A DNA stretch of 64,000 nucleotides from a virus (IMGVR_UViG_3300045988_087149:1-64000); one strand, 5' to 3'. Positions 16,996 through 25,848 are shown, counted from the first letter of the stretch. Notes: generated by a model not told the origin, from the letters alone. Translations and numbers: made by a program.

Positions 16996-18428
16996 TAATA
17001 TGCAACAAAAACTATGTATTGAATTGCTGGAAACCCCTAAAGCCATTCGAGCTACAACATAGTCATGAAATATGGACAAGTGTGATATGCAACGAAAGTA
17101 AAAAGAATTGAATGGATGATGTAAGGTTAAATCCTAACCATCGTTATAATGGGCAATCAGCAGCTAAGACCCGAACAGGGTAAAGTTCAACGACTATCCC
17201 GCAAGGGAGTACACTGCAAGCGATTGGCAGTGGAAGTGGTACATTCTTTGATTCAACAAATAACTTGACAATTAAAAAATAAATCTAGAAAGGAGGTTAA
17301 CATATGTTAATACCGGGACAATATACCAAGATGAGATGGCACGCGAGGAACAAATATTATTATATGGAGCGTGGGTATGAGTTTACTAAGATGGGTGATG
17401 AATTTGATGTGAAAGTTGAAGATTTGCCATCTGAGTCTCATGTATATGTAAAGGTGCAGTGTGATTTTTGTGGAGAAATAATTGACGTAAAGTATCAAAA
17501 TTATACTCATCGAGGACTGAAGTCAGATGGATACGCTTGTACAAAATGCAAGTACAAAAAAATACATAATGTAATGCAAGAGGTATATGGCGTTGACGCG
17601 CCGTCACAGATCGATGGATTTTATGAAAAATTTAAAGCAACTTGTCAAGAGAAATATGGAGTAGACCATTATGCCTCAACACAAGAATGCAAAGATAAAA
17701 TTGCTTCAACTTGCATGAAACGATATGAATCTACAAACTATTCATCATCAGATATTGGCAAAGAGCGTATGACGAATATATTTTCAGAAAAGTTTGGAAC
17801 TCCATATCCGTTTGGAAACGAAGAAGTAACAAGAAAACTTGTTGAAACACAAGTCGAAAAATACGGCGGTGTTGGTATGGCGTCTCCATTATTAAGAAAG
17901 AAAATAGAACAAACATGTTTAGATAAGTACGGAACAACAAATTTAGCTCAAGTTCCAGAAATAAATGAGAAGCGAAGAACGACATTATATAAGAATGGAA
18001 CAGCACCATCATCCAAACCGCAGGTTTTATTAAATGATAAATTAAAAGAAATATATGGTAATGCCGAGTTAAACTACCCGTGTGGCAATCTCTCTTTGGA
18101 CTCCATGGTAATTGTTGATGGATGTAAGATAGACGTAGAATACGATTGTTGGTATTGGCATAAAAATAAAAAGAAGCAAGATTATCAACGAGATTGGGTT
18201 GTTAGACAAGCGGGATATAAGGTGCTTAGAGTTAAAGGTTATACAAAAATACCATCAGACGAGCAAATAAAAGAAGCGATTGATTATTTAGTCAAGGATA
18301 ATCATGAGTTTAGTAGAATAATTGTTGAATCAGAGAAAAAGATATAGTCTATACTTATAAGAAATTATAAGATGTCATATAATTTATATGACTGACAAGG
18401 AGGTAGCGTTTCTTGTTGAATATTTTAG
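16973..18428 (+). mobile_element. group I intron C (IA2-like) carrying a homing-endonuclease ORF
   Basis: R box GTTCAACGACTATCC (17185-17199) and S box GATATAGTCT (18341-18350) form P7 GACTA/TAGTC. A P7.1 hairpin TCCCgcaaGGGA and a P7.2 hairpin CACTGC..GCAGTG are present. The core shares extensive identical blocks with intron A. Candidate P1 is GACT (16969-16972) / GGTC (16982-16985) with a U-G wobble. The 3' boundary is uncertain (G18406, 18408 or 18428). Confidence 0.75.
17304..18347 (+). CDS. intron-encoded homing endonuclease, paralogue of 4667-5497
   Basis: 347 aa with AAAGGAGG SD and the same architecture: N-terminal W-H-x-x-N..GY.FTKMGDEF..CDFCG Zn-ribbon, more KYG repeats, and C-terminal IDVEYDCWYWH..D..RD..V..AGYKVLRV. 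Its stop codon TAG (18345-18347) lies inside the S box. Confidence 0.7.
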   Translation: MLIPGQYTKMRWHARNKYYYMERGYEFTKMGDEFDVKVEDLPSESHVYVKVQCDFCGEIIDVKYQNYTHRGLKSDGYACTKCKYKKIHNVMQEVYGVDAPSQIDGFYEKFKATCQEKYGVDHYASTQECKDKIASTCMKRYESTNYSSSDIGKERMTNIFSEKFGTPYPFGNEEVTRKLVETQVEKYGGVGMASPLLRKKIEQTCLDKYGTTNLAQVPEINEKRRTTLYKNGTAPSSKPQVLLNDKLKEIYGNAELNYPCGNLSLDSMVIVDGCKIDVEYDCWYWHKNKKKQDYQRDWVVRQAGYKVLRVKGYTKIPSDEQIKEAIDYLVKDNHEFSRIIVESEKKI

Positions 18429-18595
18429 GGAACAGTTCAGAATGGCTCTGTATCATCACAGGCAATCCTCAGACGGACTATGAATCAAATTATGGCATGG
18501 GCATTCAGCGTATGACGGCAGAATGGACACAAACAGGCGACCCCAAAGTAAAGGCTGACCTTTACGCAAATGGGCTAATCCCACGGGAGGATTAA
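18429..18595 (+). CDS. minor tail/baseplate protein, exon 2
   Basis: The frame is open from 18407. The joined product would read ...KPKMLKD-W-NSSEWLCIITGNPQ.... Caveat: an AAGGAGG at 18397-18403 plus TTG at 18413 could also allow independent translation. Confidence 0.5.
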
Positions 18596-18598
18596 CAC

Positions 18599-21220
18599 AT
18601 GATTAACATTGGCGCAGAGGATTATAACGTCCTCAAACAGCAATATATCAAAAAATATATACGGCTCGAATTGCTAGATTTTCAATACAACATCGTTGAT
18701 GAGTTGAGTGGCAATATGACCAAGTGTTCAATCAATGTGGACTCCAATAGCGATTTGCGGCGTTCATGCGATTTGGGCTTTGTGGTCACTACTAGCACAT
18801 TTGATATTAAAGCCGGTAGCAAATTATGGCTAGATAAATTTGTTCGTCCTTATGTCGGATATGAGAATATGCGTACAGGTGAGATTCAATGGTATAATCA
18901 AGGAATCTACCTAGTCAATAACCCTCAATGGTCATATAATGCGTCAACCAATGAAATATCTATGCAAGCTCTTGACCTTATGAGCAAGCTAACCGGTTTA
19001 CGTAATGGCAATCTTGAGGGTATTCCAACTAAAATCGCCAAAGATGAGAATGTACGTGAGGCGATTATCAAGACGATTGAGCTAGGTGGTTTTACCAAAT
19101 ATATCTGCGAAGAATGTAAGACTAATGATGGCACGATTGTGCCTGTACCATACGATATTGAAATCGATGTTGGCGGTACGATATATGATATTTTAACAGG
19201 ATTGCGCGATATCATGCCTAATTACCAAATCTATTTTGATATTAATGGTGTATTTCATTATGAGCCAATTCCTCTTGCATATGATGATCCAGTTCTGATT
19301 GACGATGATTTGTTTAACAACGTGCTAATCTCAGAAAATATCAATACGGACTTTGAGAGCGTCAAGAATTATGTAGAGGTGTTAGGGCATACGTGGGATG
19401 TGGACTATTATAGTCCTTCTGAAAGCACAACCGTAAGCGGTGGTACGATTACGCCTACTTTTGCAGATTTGAAGACACTAGAGGACGGGACGTCGGTTGG
19501 GATTACATTGCCTACCAATGCAACTTCTGTACAGATTTTACCAGATGGTTATACTCAACTTGAGTATATACAATCAAATGGCGGTGCGCATTATATAGAT
19601 ACTGGATTTAAACCAAATCAGAACACTGGTATTATTGCTAAATTTCAACTATTGTCTTCGACTGGTAACCAAACACCAATATTTTCAAGAACATCAAGAA
19701 ACGTTGCTTCGTTTGGTGTGTTTCTTGATAGTAATTCTAAGTGGACTGCTGACTATGGTACACTTAGATATACGAATAGTAGTATTAGCGCACAAACTTT
19801 AATAAGTTTGAACTTTAATAAAAATGTTGTAAAGTTTAATAACAATTCTTATACATTTGATGCTCAAACATTTCAGGGTTCTTCAAATTTAACAATTTTT
19901 GGTATGAACACCGGTGGTACAGTACAACATACCGCAAAAATGAAATTGTATTCGTGCGAGATATATGATAACGGTACTCTTATCCGAAATTTTATTCCTT
20001 GTAAGAATTCATCTGGAACGATTGGGTTGTATGATATTGTAAATTCACAATTCTACACTAATGTTGGCACAGGAGGTGTATTTACAGCTGGCCCAGAAGT
20101 AGAAAAATCAACTGGCATCACCATAAATTACCTAGGCAACAATAAGGTTGTAGATATTGACAATGTACAACTTCAAGAGCTATCTAAAGATACTGAATGG
20201 ATATTTCAATTTGTACCGGCCCCAAAATTACCAAGCGGATATACAGAATTAGAATACATTCAGAGTAGTGGAACCCAATATATTGATACTGGATTCAAGC
20301 CCAATCAAGATACAAGAGTTGTGACTAAATTTGATATGATACAAACAGACACAACATGGAGAAAATTATGGGGTAGTGCTAGTGGAACATATGATCTTGA
20401 TTTTGCATTATGGAATGATGGCACAACAAAACTGCAAAGTTATTATGGTACAAAAACAAATAATACAGTACCTATAACTAGCATGTCATTAAATGTTGAT
20501 GCTAATAAAAATATATGGAAGTATAGCGGCAAAACAATAACTTTTGATAAAAATAATTTCACATGTGCGTATTCGATGTATGTTTTCAATGTGAATAAAG
20601 ATGATCATCCTGAATATTTACCCGGCATGATGAAGTTATATTTGTTTAAAATATATGACAACGATGTGCTTGTTCGTGACTTCATCCCGTGTAAAAATCC
20701 ATCTGGCACAGTTGGTTTATATGATTCTGTTAATAATCAATTTTATCAAAACGCTGGTAGTGGTACTTTTATAGCTGGGCCAGAAATTCCGTCAATCGAG
20801 GACAAAGGTGGCCCATTCTGGCGTTTCATGGGACATCAGCAAGCTCAAGCAACATCTTATGATGATAACCCGTCCAGTCCATTCTATGTAGGTAATCCAA
20901 TTGGCTCTAGTTCAGTAGGCCGTATTCGTATTGTGCTATATGGTGGCGAATACGATAATATCTATTCGGATGACCTAGCACAGCAACGAGCAGATTTTGA
21001 GATATACCAGCGGTCACGGCTTAATGACAGCATATCAATGGAGACAATACCAATCCCATGGATGGACGCAAACATTGTTATATCACATAGATTTGGTCAA
21101 AAACAGGAGCCAAGCAAATATATTGTTAAATCGTTTAGTGTGGATTATGCGACAGGTGGCACTATGACGATTAACGCTATTACTTGGTATCCATATTATG
21201 AAGAAAGCGAGGTGGTTTAA
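18599..21220 (+). CDS. large tail-tip/baseplate protein with two tandem receptor-binding-like domains
   Basis: 873 aa. The N-terminal region is typical of siphophage tail-associated proteins by position. It contains an internal ~230-aa duplication (see repeat feature). Confidence 0.6.
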   Translation: MINIGAEDYNVLKQQYIKKYIRLELLDFQYNIVDELSGNMTKCSINVDSNSDLRRSCDLGFVVTTSTFDIKAGSKLWLDKFVRPYVGYENMRTGEIQWYNQGIYLVNNPQWSYNASTNEISMQALDLMSKLTGLRNGNLEGIPTKIAKDENVREAIIKTIELGGFTKYICEECKTNDGTIVPVPYDIEIDVGGTIYDILTGLRDIMPNYQIYFDINGVFHYEPIPLAYDDPVLIDDDLFNNVLISENINTDFESVKNYVEVLGHTWDVDYYSPSESTTVSGGTITPTFADLKTLEDGTSVGITLPTNATSVQILPDGYTQLEYIQSNGGAHYIDTGFKPNQNTGIIAKFQLLSSTGNQTPIFSRTSRNVASFGVFLDSNSKWTADYGTLRYTNSSISAQTLISLNFNKNVVKFNNNSYTFDAQTFQGSSNLTIFGMNTGGTVQHTAKMKLYSCEIYDNGTLIRNFIPCKNSSGTIGLYDIVNSQFYTNVGTGGVFTAGPEVEKSTGITINYLGNNKVVDIDNVQLQELSKDTEWIFQFVPAPKLPSGYTELEYIQSSGTQYIDTGFKPNQDTRVVTKFDMIQTDTTWRKLWGSASGTYDLDFALWNDGTTKLQSYYGTKTNNTVPITSMSLNVDANKNIWKYSGKTITFDKNNFTCAYSMYVFNVNKDDHPEYLPGMMKLYLFKIYDNDVLVRDFIPCKNPSGTVGLYDSVNNQFYQNAGSGTFIAGPEIPSIEDKGGPFWRFMGHQQAQATSYDDNPSSPFYVGNPIGSSSVGRIRIVLYGGEYDNIYSDDLAQQRADFEIYQRSRLNDSISMETIPIPWMDANIVISHRFGQKQEPSKYIVKSFSVDYATGGTMTINAITWYPYYEESEVV
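19538..20787 (+). repeat. tandem duplication of a ~190-aa domain inside the 873-aa tail protein (repeat units start 690 nt apart)
   Basis: Copy 1 starts LPDGYTQLEYIQSNGGAHYIDTGFKPNQNT (19538) and ends LYSCEIYDNGTLIRNFIPCKNSSGTIGLYDIVNSQFYTNVGTGGVFTAGPE. Copy 2 starts LPSGYTELEYIQSSGTQYIDTGFKPNQDT (20228) and ends LYLFKIYDNDVLVRDFIPCKNPSGTVGLYDSVNNQFYQNAGSGTFIAGPE. Confidence 0.8.
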
Positions 21221-21221
21221 G

Positions 21222-21539
21222 TTGGCTACAAATTTTCCTAACCAGACATTCCCTACTATGCAGGATATCACTGCGGCTGATGCGGCGCTAATTAAACAAT
21301 ATCAAGATTATATGCAAGCTGGTAATATCAATGCGGCACAGTCTGTATTAGCCAACATTGCTAATCACGATTCTAAGATAATCACAGCCGACCTAATCAA
21401 CTCTATCCTTGATACATGTGTGGCAATTCAGGATTATTATAATGTACGATATAGTCCTGCTTATATTGTATCTGAGACGCAACCTACTAATCAGCAACCG
21501 ACCGATTTTTGGTTTGAGGTAACAGGGGTGACGGCATGA
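21222..21539 (+). CDS. hypothetical tail-fibre-module protein
   Basis: Track ORF 21198-21539. The TTG at 21222 follows a GAGGTGG SD. It has a helical N-terminal segment similar to that of the next gene. Confidence 0.45.
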   Translation: MATNFPNQTFPTMQDITAADAALIKQYQDYMQAGNINAAQSVLANIANHDSKIITADLINSILDTCVAIQDYYNVRYSPAYIVSETQPTNQQPTDFWFEVTGVTA

Positions 21540-22000
21540 ATTACCAAGATATTCATCTTGAAGATAAGGCACTATGGAATCAGCTACAGACAGCATGGGA
21601 ACAGGGCGATTACGCTACGGCGCTGAATGTCCTGAAGAACGCCAACTTGACAGACAAGCAATTGAATGCGGCGGCCATTAACGCGCTGGCTACAGAACTG
21701 CTTAGATTGCAGAGTCAAGCAGATACGGGCTTTAAACAGGATAAGATTGTTGTCTCAGCTGAACCACCTGCTGATTTAGCTGATGGTAAGGTGTATTTCA
21801 GGTTGATTGGGCCGACCACGGGTTATACTGTGCAGAATTCCTATTTCATTGAGATTCTACAAAAAAATGGTACTTCATATGATACCCTGAATCCATATGT
21901 ATATGCAATTGATGTGCAATTGCCGGTGGATTTTCAGAGTAGTGGCCAGTTTATGTCACTAGACGCAATAATGGCTGATATGGCGGGCTTTTTTTTGTAA
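21536..22000 (+). CDS. hypothetical tail-fibre-module protein
   Basis: 154 aa with ATGA overlap. It shares the pattern ..W/YQ..Q..G.Y..A..VL.N.....K...A...N.L with 21222-21539. Confidence 0.45.
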   Translation: MNYQDIHLEDKALWNQLQTAWEQGDYATALNVLKNANLTDKQLNAAAINALATELLRLQSQADTGFKQDKIVVSAEPPADLADGKVYFRLIGPTTGYTVQNSYFIEILQKNGTSYDTLNPYVYAIDVQLPVDFQSSGQFMSLDAIMADMAGFFL

Positions 22001-22020
22001 GCTAATAAGAGGATTTATCT

Positions 22021-23130
22021 ATGGGCAAAAATATTACATTAAAACAATTAAACGAATCAAGTATATATGATGAGCTATACCCTGCTGGAGCTGTTGATTA
22101 TACCATGTTAACTGAGACTACATCTGCGGCATATGGTGTAGAGAACGGCACAGTTAAGGACGCATTAACAGGTTTATATCGATATATTCATAGTTTAGAT
22201 GTTGTAAAAATAAAAGTGGTGGACGCCAGTAATAATCCGTTGCCAAATATTACGGCTAATGGTATTACAGATAGTCCACAAAGCGGTACAGACGGAGTAA
22301 TTAAGGGTGTGGCAGATAGCAATTTTGTCACATTGGTATCATCATATGTAGATACTATTAAAACAAAAACGGTTGATGTGTCAAAGTATAAAAATACAAC
22401 TAGAACGCTAATTGTTACTATGGATAGTGTAGCTGATGGGGCGATTGTAAGATATACTAGTTCACAAAATGTTATGTTCTCAAATAGAGTTGCCAACATC
22501 GATGTGTGTTGTGTAGGTGGTGGCGGAGCTGGTGGAATTGGAACGTATAACGCTAAAGGTGAAGGGCTTGGTGGTGGTGGCGGTGGTATAACCAATCTTG
22601 TTTCTTTTGTGGTTAGTAGCACTACTACTTATCAGATAGTTGTTGGTGCAGGCGGAGCCTATACTGGAATTGTTACAAGCAATAGTGGAGGGAGCAGTTC
22701 GTTCGGTAGTTATAGCATTGCTAATGGAGGCGGCGGAACGACTATAAATTCAAGTTCGGGTGGTATGGTTCCCGGTAAAGCCGGGGGTGTAGGATGTGGT
22801 GATGGTGGCGGTATATCAGATGCTGGTTCAAATACAACTGTGTCAGAATTTAATGATGGGTTAATTTATTATTCTGGCGGCGGTGGTGCTGCGTCTGGGG
22901 TTATTTATCCATCATCATCCAATCCAAAAAATGGCGGTAAACCAAACGGCGCAAATGGCGCATGGTTTAATCGTACAACATATAAAACAGAAGATGCAAC
23001 TGTTGCCGGAATTGGCGGCGGTGGCGGTGGTGGAATAAATGCGCAATATAATTCATATGGCAGATATGGAGCAGATGGCTCCTCAGGTGGCCCCGGCTTA
23101 GTCTCTATTCGCGTTCATCTAAAATCATAA
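22021..23130 (+). CDS. glycine-rich fibre/receptor-binding-like protein, paralogue 1
   Basis: 369 aa. N-terminus ITLKQLNESSIYDELYP, central CCVGGGGAGG...GGGGGGI glycine runs, C-terminal GGPGLVSIRVHLK. Confidence 0.55.
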   Translation: MGKNITLKQLNESSIYDELYPAGAVDYTMLTETTSAAYGVENGTVKDALTGLYRYIHSLDVVKIKVVDASNNPLPNITANGITDSPQSGTDGVIKGVADSNFVTLVSSYVDTIKTKTVDVSKYKNTTRTLIVTMDSVADGAIVRYTSSQNVMFSNRVANIDVCCVGGGGAGGIGTYNAKGEGLGGGGGGITNLVSFVVSSTTTYQIVVGAGGAYTGIVTSNSGGSSSFGSYSIANGGGGTTINSSSGGMVPGKAGGVGCGDGGGISDAGSNTTVSEFNDGLIYYSGGGGAASGVIYPSSSNPKNGGKPNGANGAWFNRTTYKTEDATVAGIGGGGGGGINAQYNSYGRYGADGSSGGPGLVSIRVHLKS

Positions 23131-23141
23131 GGTGGATAATT

Positions 23142-24317
23142 ATGTCAAAAAAACATATAACAATTAAAGAATTAAATAACGAAGGAGTATATGACACATT
23201 ATACCCCAATACATCTGCAACTCAAGTTCCATTAAGTGCCGCAACGTCTCAACTATTTGGACAGACTGGTTTTAATACAGATGCGGCATTATACAAGATT
23301 ATTGAGAAGCTGCGAACTGATAAAAAAATTACTGTTAGAGTTACAGATTCAAATGGCAATCCTGTTCAAGGCGCAAAAATCAATGGATTACTAAATTCGC
23401 CTACTACAAGTGCAAATGGCACTGTAACCGGTGTTTTTGTGTCTGACCCACTTACTATCGTATCACCATATGTTGACGTACAGGATGGTACTGCCAATGG
23501 CGCAGATTATGTTGGAACTATAAATATACTAGAGGTAGTGCTACAATCTGTTGCTGAGGGGGCTGAGATACAATATACCAGTTCTACGACTGTGGCGTTT
23601 AGTTCAAATGTAGCTTCTGTTGATATTTGTTGTGTAGGAGGCGGTGGAGGTGGTTGTGCCGTAAACTCAGGAGGTGGTTATTCTATGGCGGCCCCCGGTG
23701 GAGGCGGAGGCGGAATAGTAAATTCTATTGCGACATCCGTCATCGCTGGAAACAAATATCAAGTTGTAGTTGGTAGTGGCGGAGACCATCCTAATAAGCC
23801 ATCTACTAGTTATCACGCATTTGCTGCTGGGGGTAGTGGTGGAGCTTCTAAATTTGGAAGTCTTGTTACATCCACCGGTGGTGGCGGAGGCGGTATAAAT
23901 AAAATAACATCTGGACAGTGGGTTGGTTATCCTGCTGGTGGTGTTGCTGGCTCTGTTGGGTCTGGTACTGGTGGTAATTATGAAGATGTTCGCCATGGCA
24001 GTGACACACAAGCTGACCCCCCACCTCCACCATATGGTAATAATGGTAAGGCTAATACAACGCTATCAAAGTTTAATGAAGGTCAAGTATTTTATTCTGG
24101 TGGTGGCGGTTCTGGTGCTGCATATGGTGGTTCTCCAAATGGATCAAATGGTGGCAATCTAAATCCTACTACACCCAACTACGGCGGTGGAGGTGGTGGC
24201 GCATTACATTTTTGGAACACTTATAACGAATACGGAGAAACTTATATTCAAGAAGCATATTATAAAGGTTCTAAGGGTGGCCCCGGTCTAGTAGTTATCC
24301 GCATCCATCTAAAATAA
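23142..24317 (+). CDS. glycine-rich fibre/receptor-binding-like protein, paralogue 2
   Basis: 391 aa. Colinear with paralogue 1 (ITIKELNNEGVYDTLYP ... CCVGGGGGGC ... GGPGLVVIRIHLK) but with a divergent middle. Confidence 0.55.
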   Translation: MSKKHITIKELNNEGVYDTLYPNTSATQVPLSAATSQLFGQTGFNTDAALYKIIEKLRTDKKITVRVTDSNGNPVQGAKINGLLNSPTTSANGTVTGVFVSDPLTIVSPYVDVQDGTANGADYVGTINILEVVLQSVAEGAEIQYTSSTTVAFSSNVASVDICCVGGGGGGCAVNSGGGYSMAAPGGGGGGIVNSIATSVIAGNKYQVVVGSGGDHPNKPSTSYHAFAAGGSGGASKFGSLVTSTGGGGGGINKITSGQWVGYPAGGVAGSVGSGTGGNYEDVRHGSDTQADPPPPPYGNNGKANTTLSKFNEGQVFYSGGGGSGAAYGGSPNGSNGGNLNPTTPNYGGGGGGALHFWNTYNEYGETYIQEAYYKGSKGGPGLVVIRIHLK

Positions 24318-24334
24318 AATGAGGTAAACAAAAT

Positions 24335-24553
24335 ATGAATTATTGTATTGTAGACGAAAATGGCATTATTACTAATATCATCATTTGTGAAGATGATGAA
24401 ACAGCTAAGAGTCTAGGTGCAGTGGCCGGTTATCCAAGCGCGACGATTGGCTCACAATATGACCCATATAATTATTATGCCCTAGACGAGTTAAAGAAAA
24501 AGGTAAATGAACAGGAAATTCTAATTAACACCCTAACCGGTGTAACTGAATAA
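24335..24553 (+). CDS. hypothetical small protein
   Basis: 72 aa with GAGGTAAA SD; lies between the fibre genes and the holin. Confidence 0.4.
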   Translation: MNYCIVDENGIITNIIICEDDETAKSLGAVAGYPSATIGSQYDPYNYYALDELKKKVNEQEILINTLTGVTE

Positions 24554-24566
24554 GGAGGAATAATAA

Positions 24567-24896
24567 ATGAGCGCAGAACAGATTATCAATGTTATCGTAG
24601 CAGTATTGGCAGGGCTGGCAACTTGTATCCCACTAGTGCTAAAGTTAGTACAGTATGTTAAGAAGGCGACCCAAGAAAAGAATTGGGGCGGCTTGCTTGA
24701 CCTAGTTATGCAGCTAATGGAACAGGCTGAAAAGAAATTTGCTGATGGCGCGACCCGTAAAGAATGGGTAATGGCTATGGTGCAGACTAGCGCTGAATAC
24801 GTACAGTATCCAATGGACGTTCAGGCTCTTAGCGAAATGATTGACCAACTGACCAATCTGACTAAGAACGTCAACGTAAAGAAGGAGACTAAGTAA
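24567..24896 (+). CDS. putative holin (LL-H-like: one N-terminal TM helix plus a charged helical tail)
   Basis: TM segment IINVIVAVLAGLATCIPLVLKLV, AAGGAGGA SD, immediately upstream of the endolysin with ATGA-type overlap. Confidence 0.5.
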   Translation: MSAEQIINVIVAVLAGLATCIPLVLKLVQYVKKATQEKNWGGLLDLVMQLMEQAEKKFADGATRKEWVMAMVQTSAEYVQYPMDVQALSEMIDQLTNLTKNVNVKKETK

Positions 24897-25588
24897 TGGG
24901 CATTATGACCAATCTTGAACTTGCAAAGAAGCATGAGGAAGTAGCTAAGAAATATAAGACGATTTATGCTTGGGGCTGTTTTGGTATGCCATGTACTCAG
25001 CAGATTCTAAATGAGAAAAAAGCGCAATATCCAGATTGGTACACTAGCCGTTGGAATATGTATCAACAGAAAGTTGGCACAGGTACGTTTCTATTCGATT
25101 GTGTAAATCTCACCAAAGGAATTCTATGGGGTTGGAACGGCAACAAGAACGCCTATTATGGTGGCGCAAAATATGCCGCAAATGGTGTGCCTGATGTAAG
25201 CGCCGATGGCATGATTGCTAAGTGCAAAAACGTGTCTAGCGCAAATTGGGACAAAATGGCTATTGGTGAAGGACTATGGTTACCGGGGCATTGGGGTCTA
25301 TATATTGGCAATGGTCTAGCGGTAGAATGTACGCCAGCATGGAACAACTGCGTTCAAATTACGGCTGTTGGTAATATTGGCGCAAAAGCCGGTTATCCGA
25401 CTAGAAAATGGCAGAAGCACGGTAAACTACCATGGGTCGATTATGTTGAATCCGAAGATGATAAGGAACATGCAGCGAATAAAGCCAAGGTAAAGTCCCG
25501 ATTTGGATTTGACGATAAGACAATCGAGTTCCTAGATGGTTATAAATGGAATAAGGCGCTAATGGAAAAATTAGCGACCAAGCCATGA
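24896..25588 (+). CDS. endolysin, NlpC/P60-like cysteine peptidase
   Basis: FLFDCVNLTKGILWGW (catalytic Cys context) and LPGHWGLYIGNGLAVE (His context); lies next to the holin. Confidence 0.6.
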   Translation: MGIMTNLELAKKHEEVAKKYKTIYAWGCFGMPCTQQILNEKKAQYPDWYTSRWNMYQQKVGTGTFLFDCVNLTKGILWGWNGNKNAYYGGAKYAANGVPDVSADGMIAKCKNVSSANWDKMAIGEGLWLPGHWGLYIGNGLAVECTPAWNNCVQITAVGNIGAKAGYPTRKWQKHGKLPWVDYVESEDDKEHAANKAKVKSRFGFDDKTIEFLDGYKWNKALMEKLATKP

Positions 25589-25848
25589 TGCGGCTTAGCT
25601 ATAAGCGAAGATGGCGTAAATCTGAGATGGCGCGGACATTGGTAATTTACTGTGTTCGCGCCATTACTTTAATTGCAATATGGGCAGCTTGCCTAAAGAC
25701 ATATGCTGTTATACGTTGGGGTGAGACGACTGGATGTGACCTTAGCGACGTATTGATATTTGTGGCTACAGCATTTGGTGGTGAATTGCTCTTACTAGCA
25801 TTTAAGCGCGTCTTTGCTAAAAAGAATGAAAATCCAGATATAGAATAG
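25585..25848 (+). CDS. two-TM membrane protein (holin/antiholin-like accessory?)
   Basis: 87 aa with a basic N-terminus and two hydrophobic segments (LVIYCVRAITLIAIWAACL, VLIFVATAFGGELLLLAF); overlaps the endolysin stop. Confidence 0.4.
   Translation: MMRLSYKRRWRKSEMARTLVIYCVRAITLIAIWAACLKTYAVIRWGETTGCDLSDVLIFVATAFGGELLLLAFKRVFAKKNENPDIE

Noticed and set aside
22188-24011. Antisense ORFs 22188-22622 and 23667-24011 within the glycine-rich fibre genes
   Set aside because: Reverse-frame reading of GGN-rich codons gives Pro/Thr/Ser-rich open frames by composition alone. They have no SD and are fully nested in better-supported genes.
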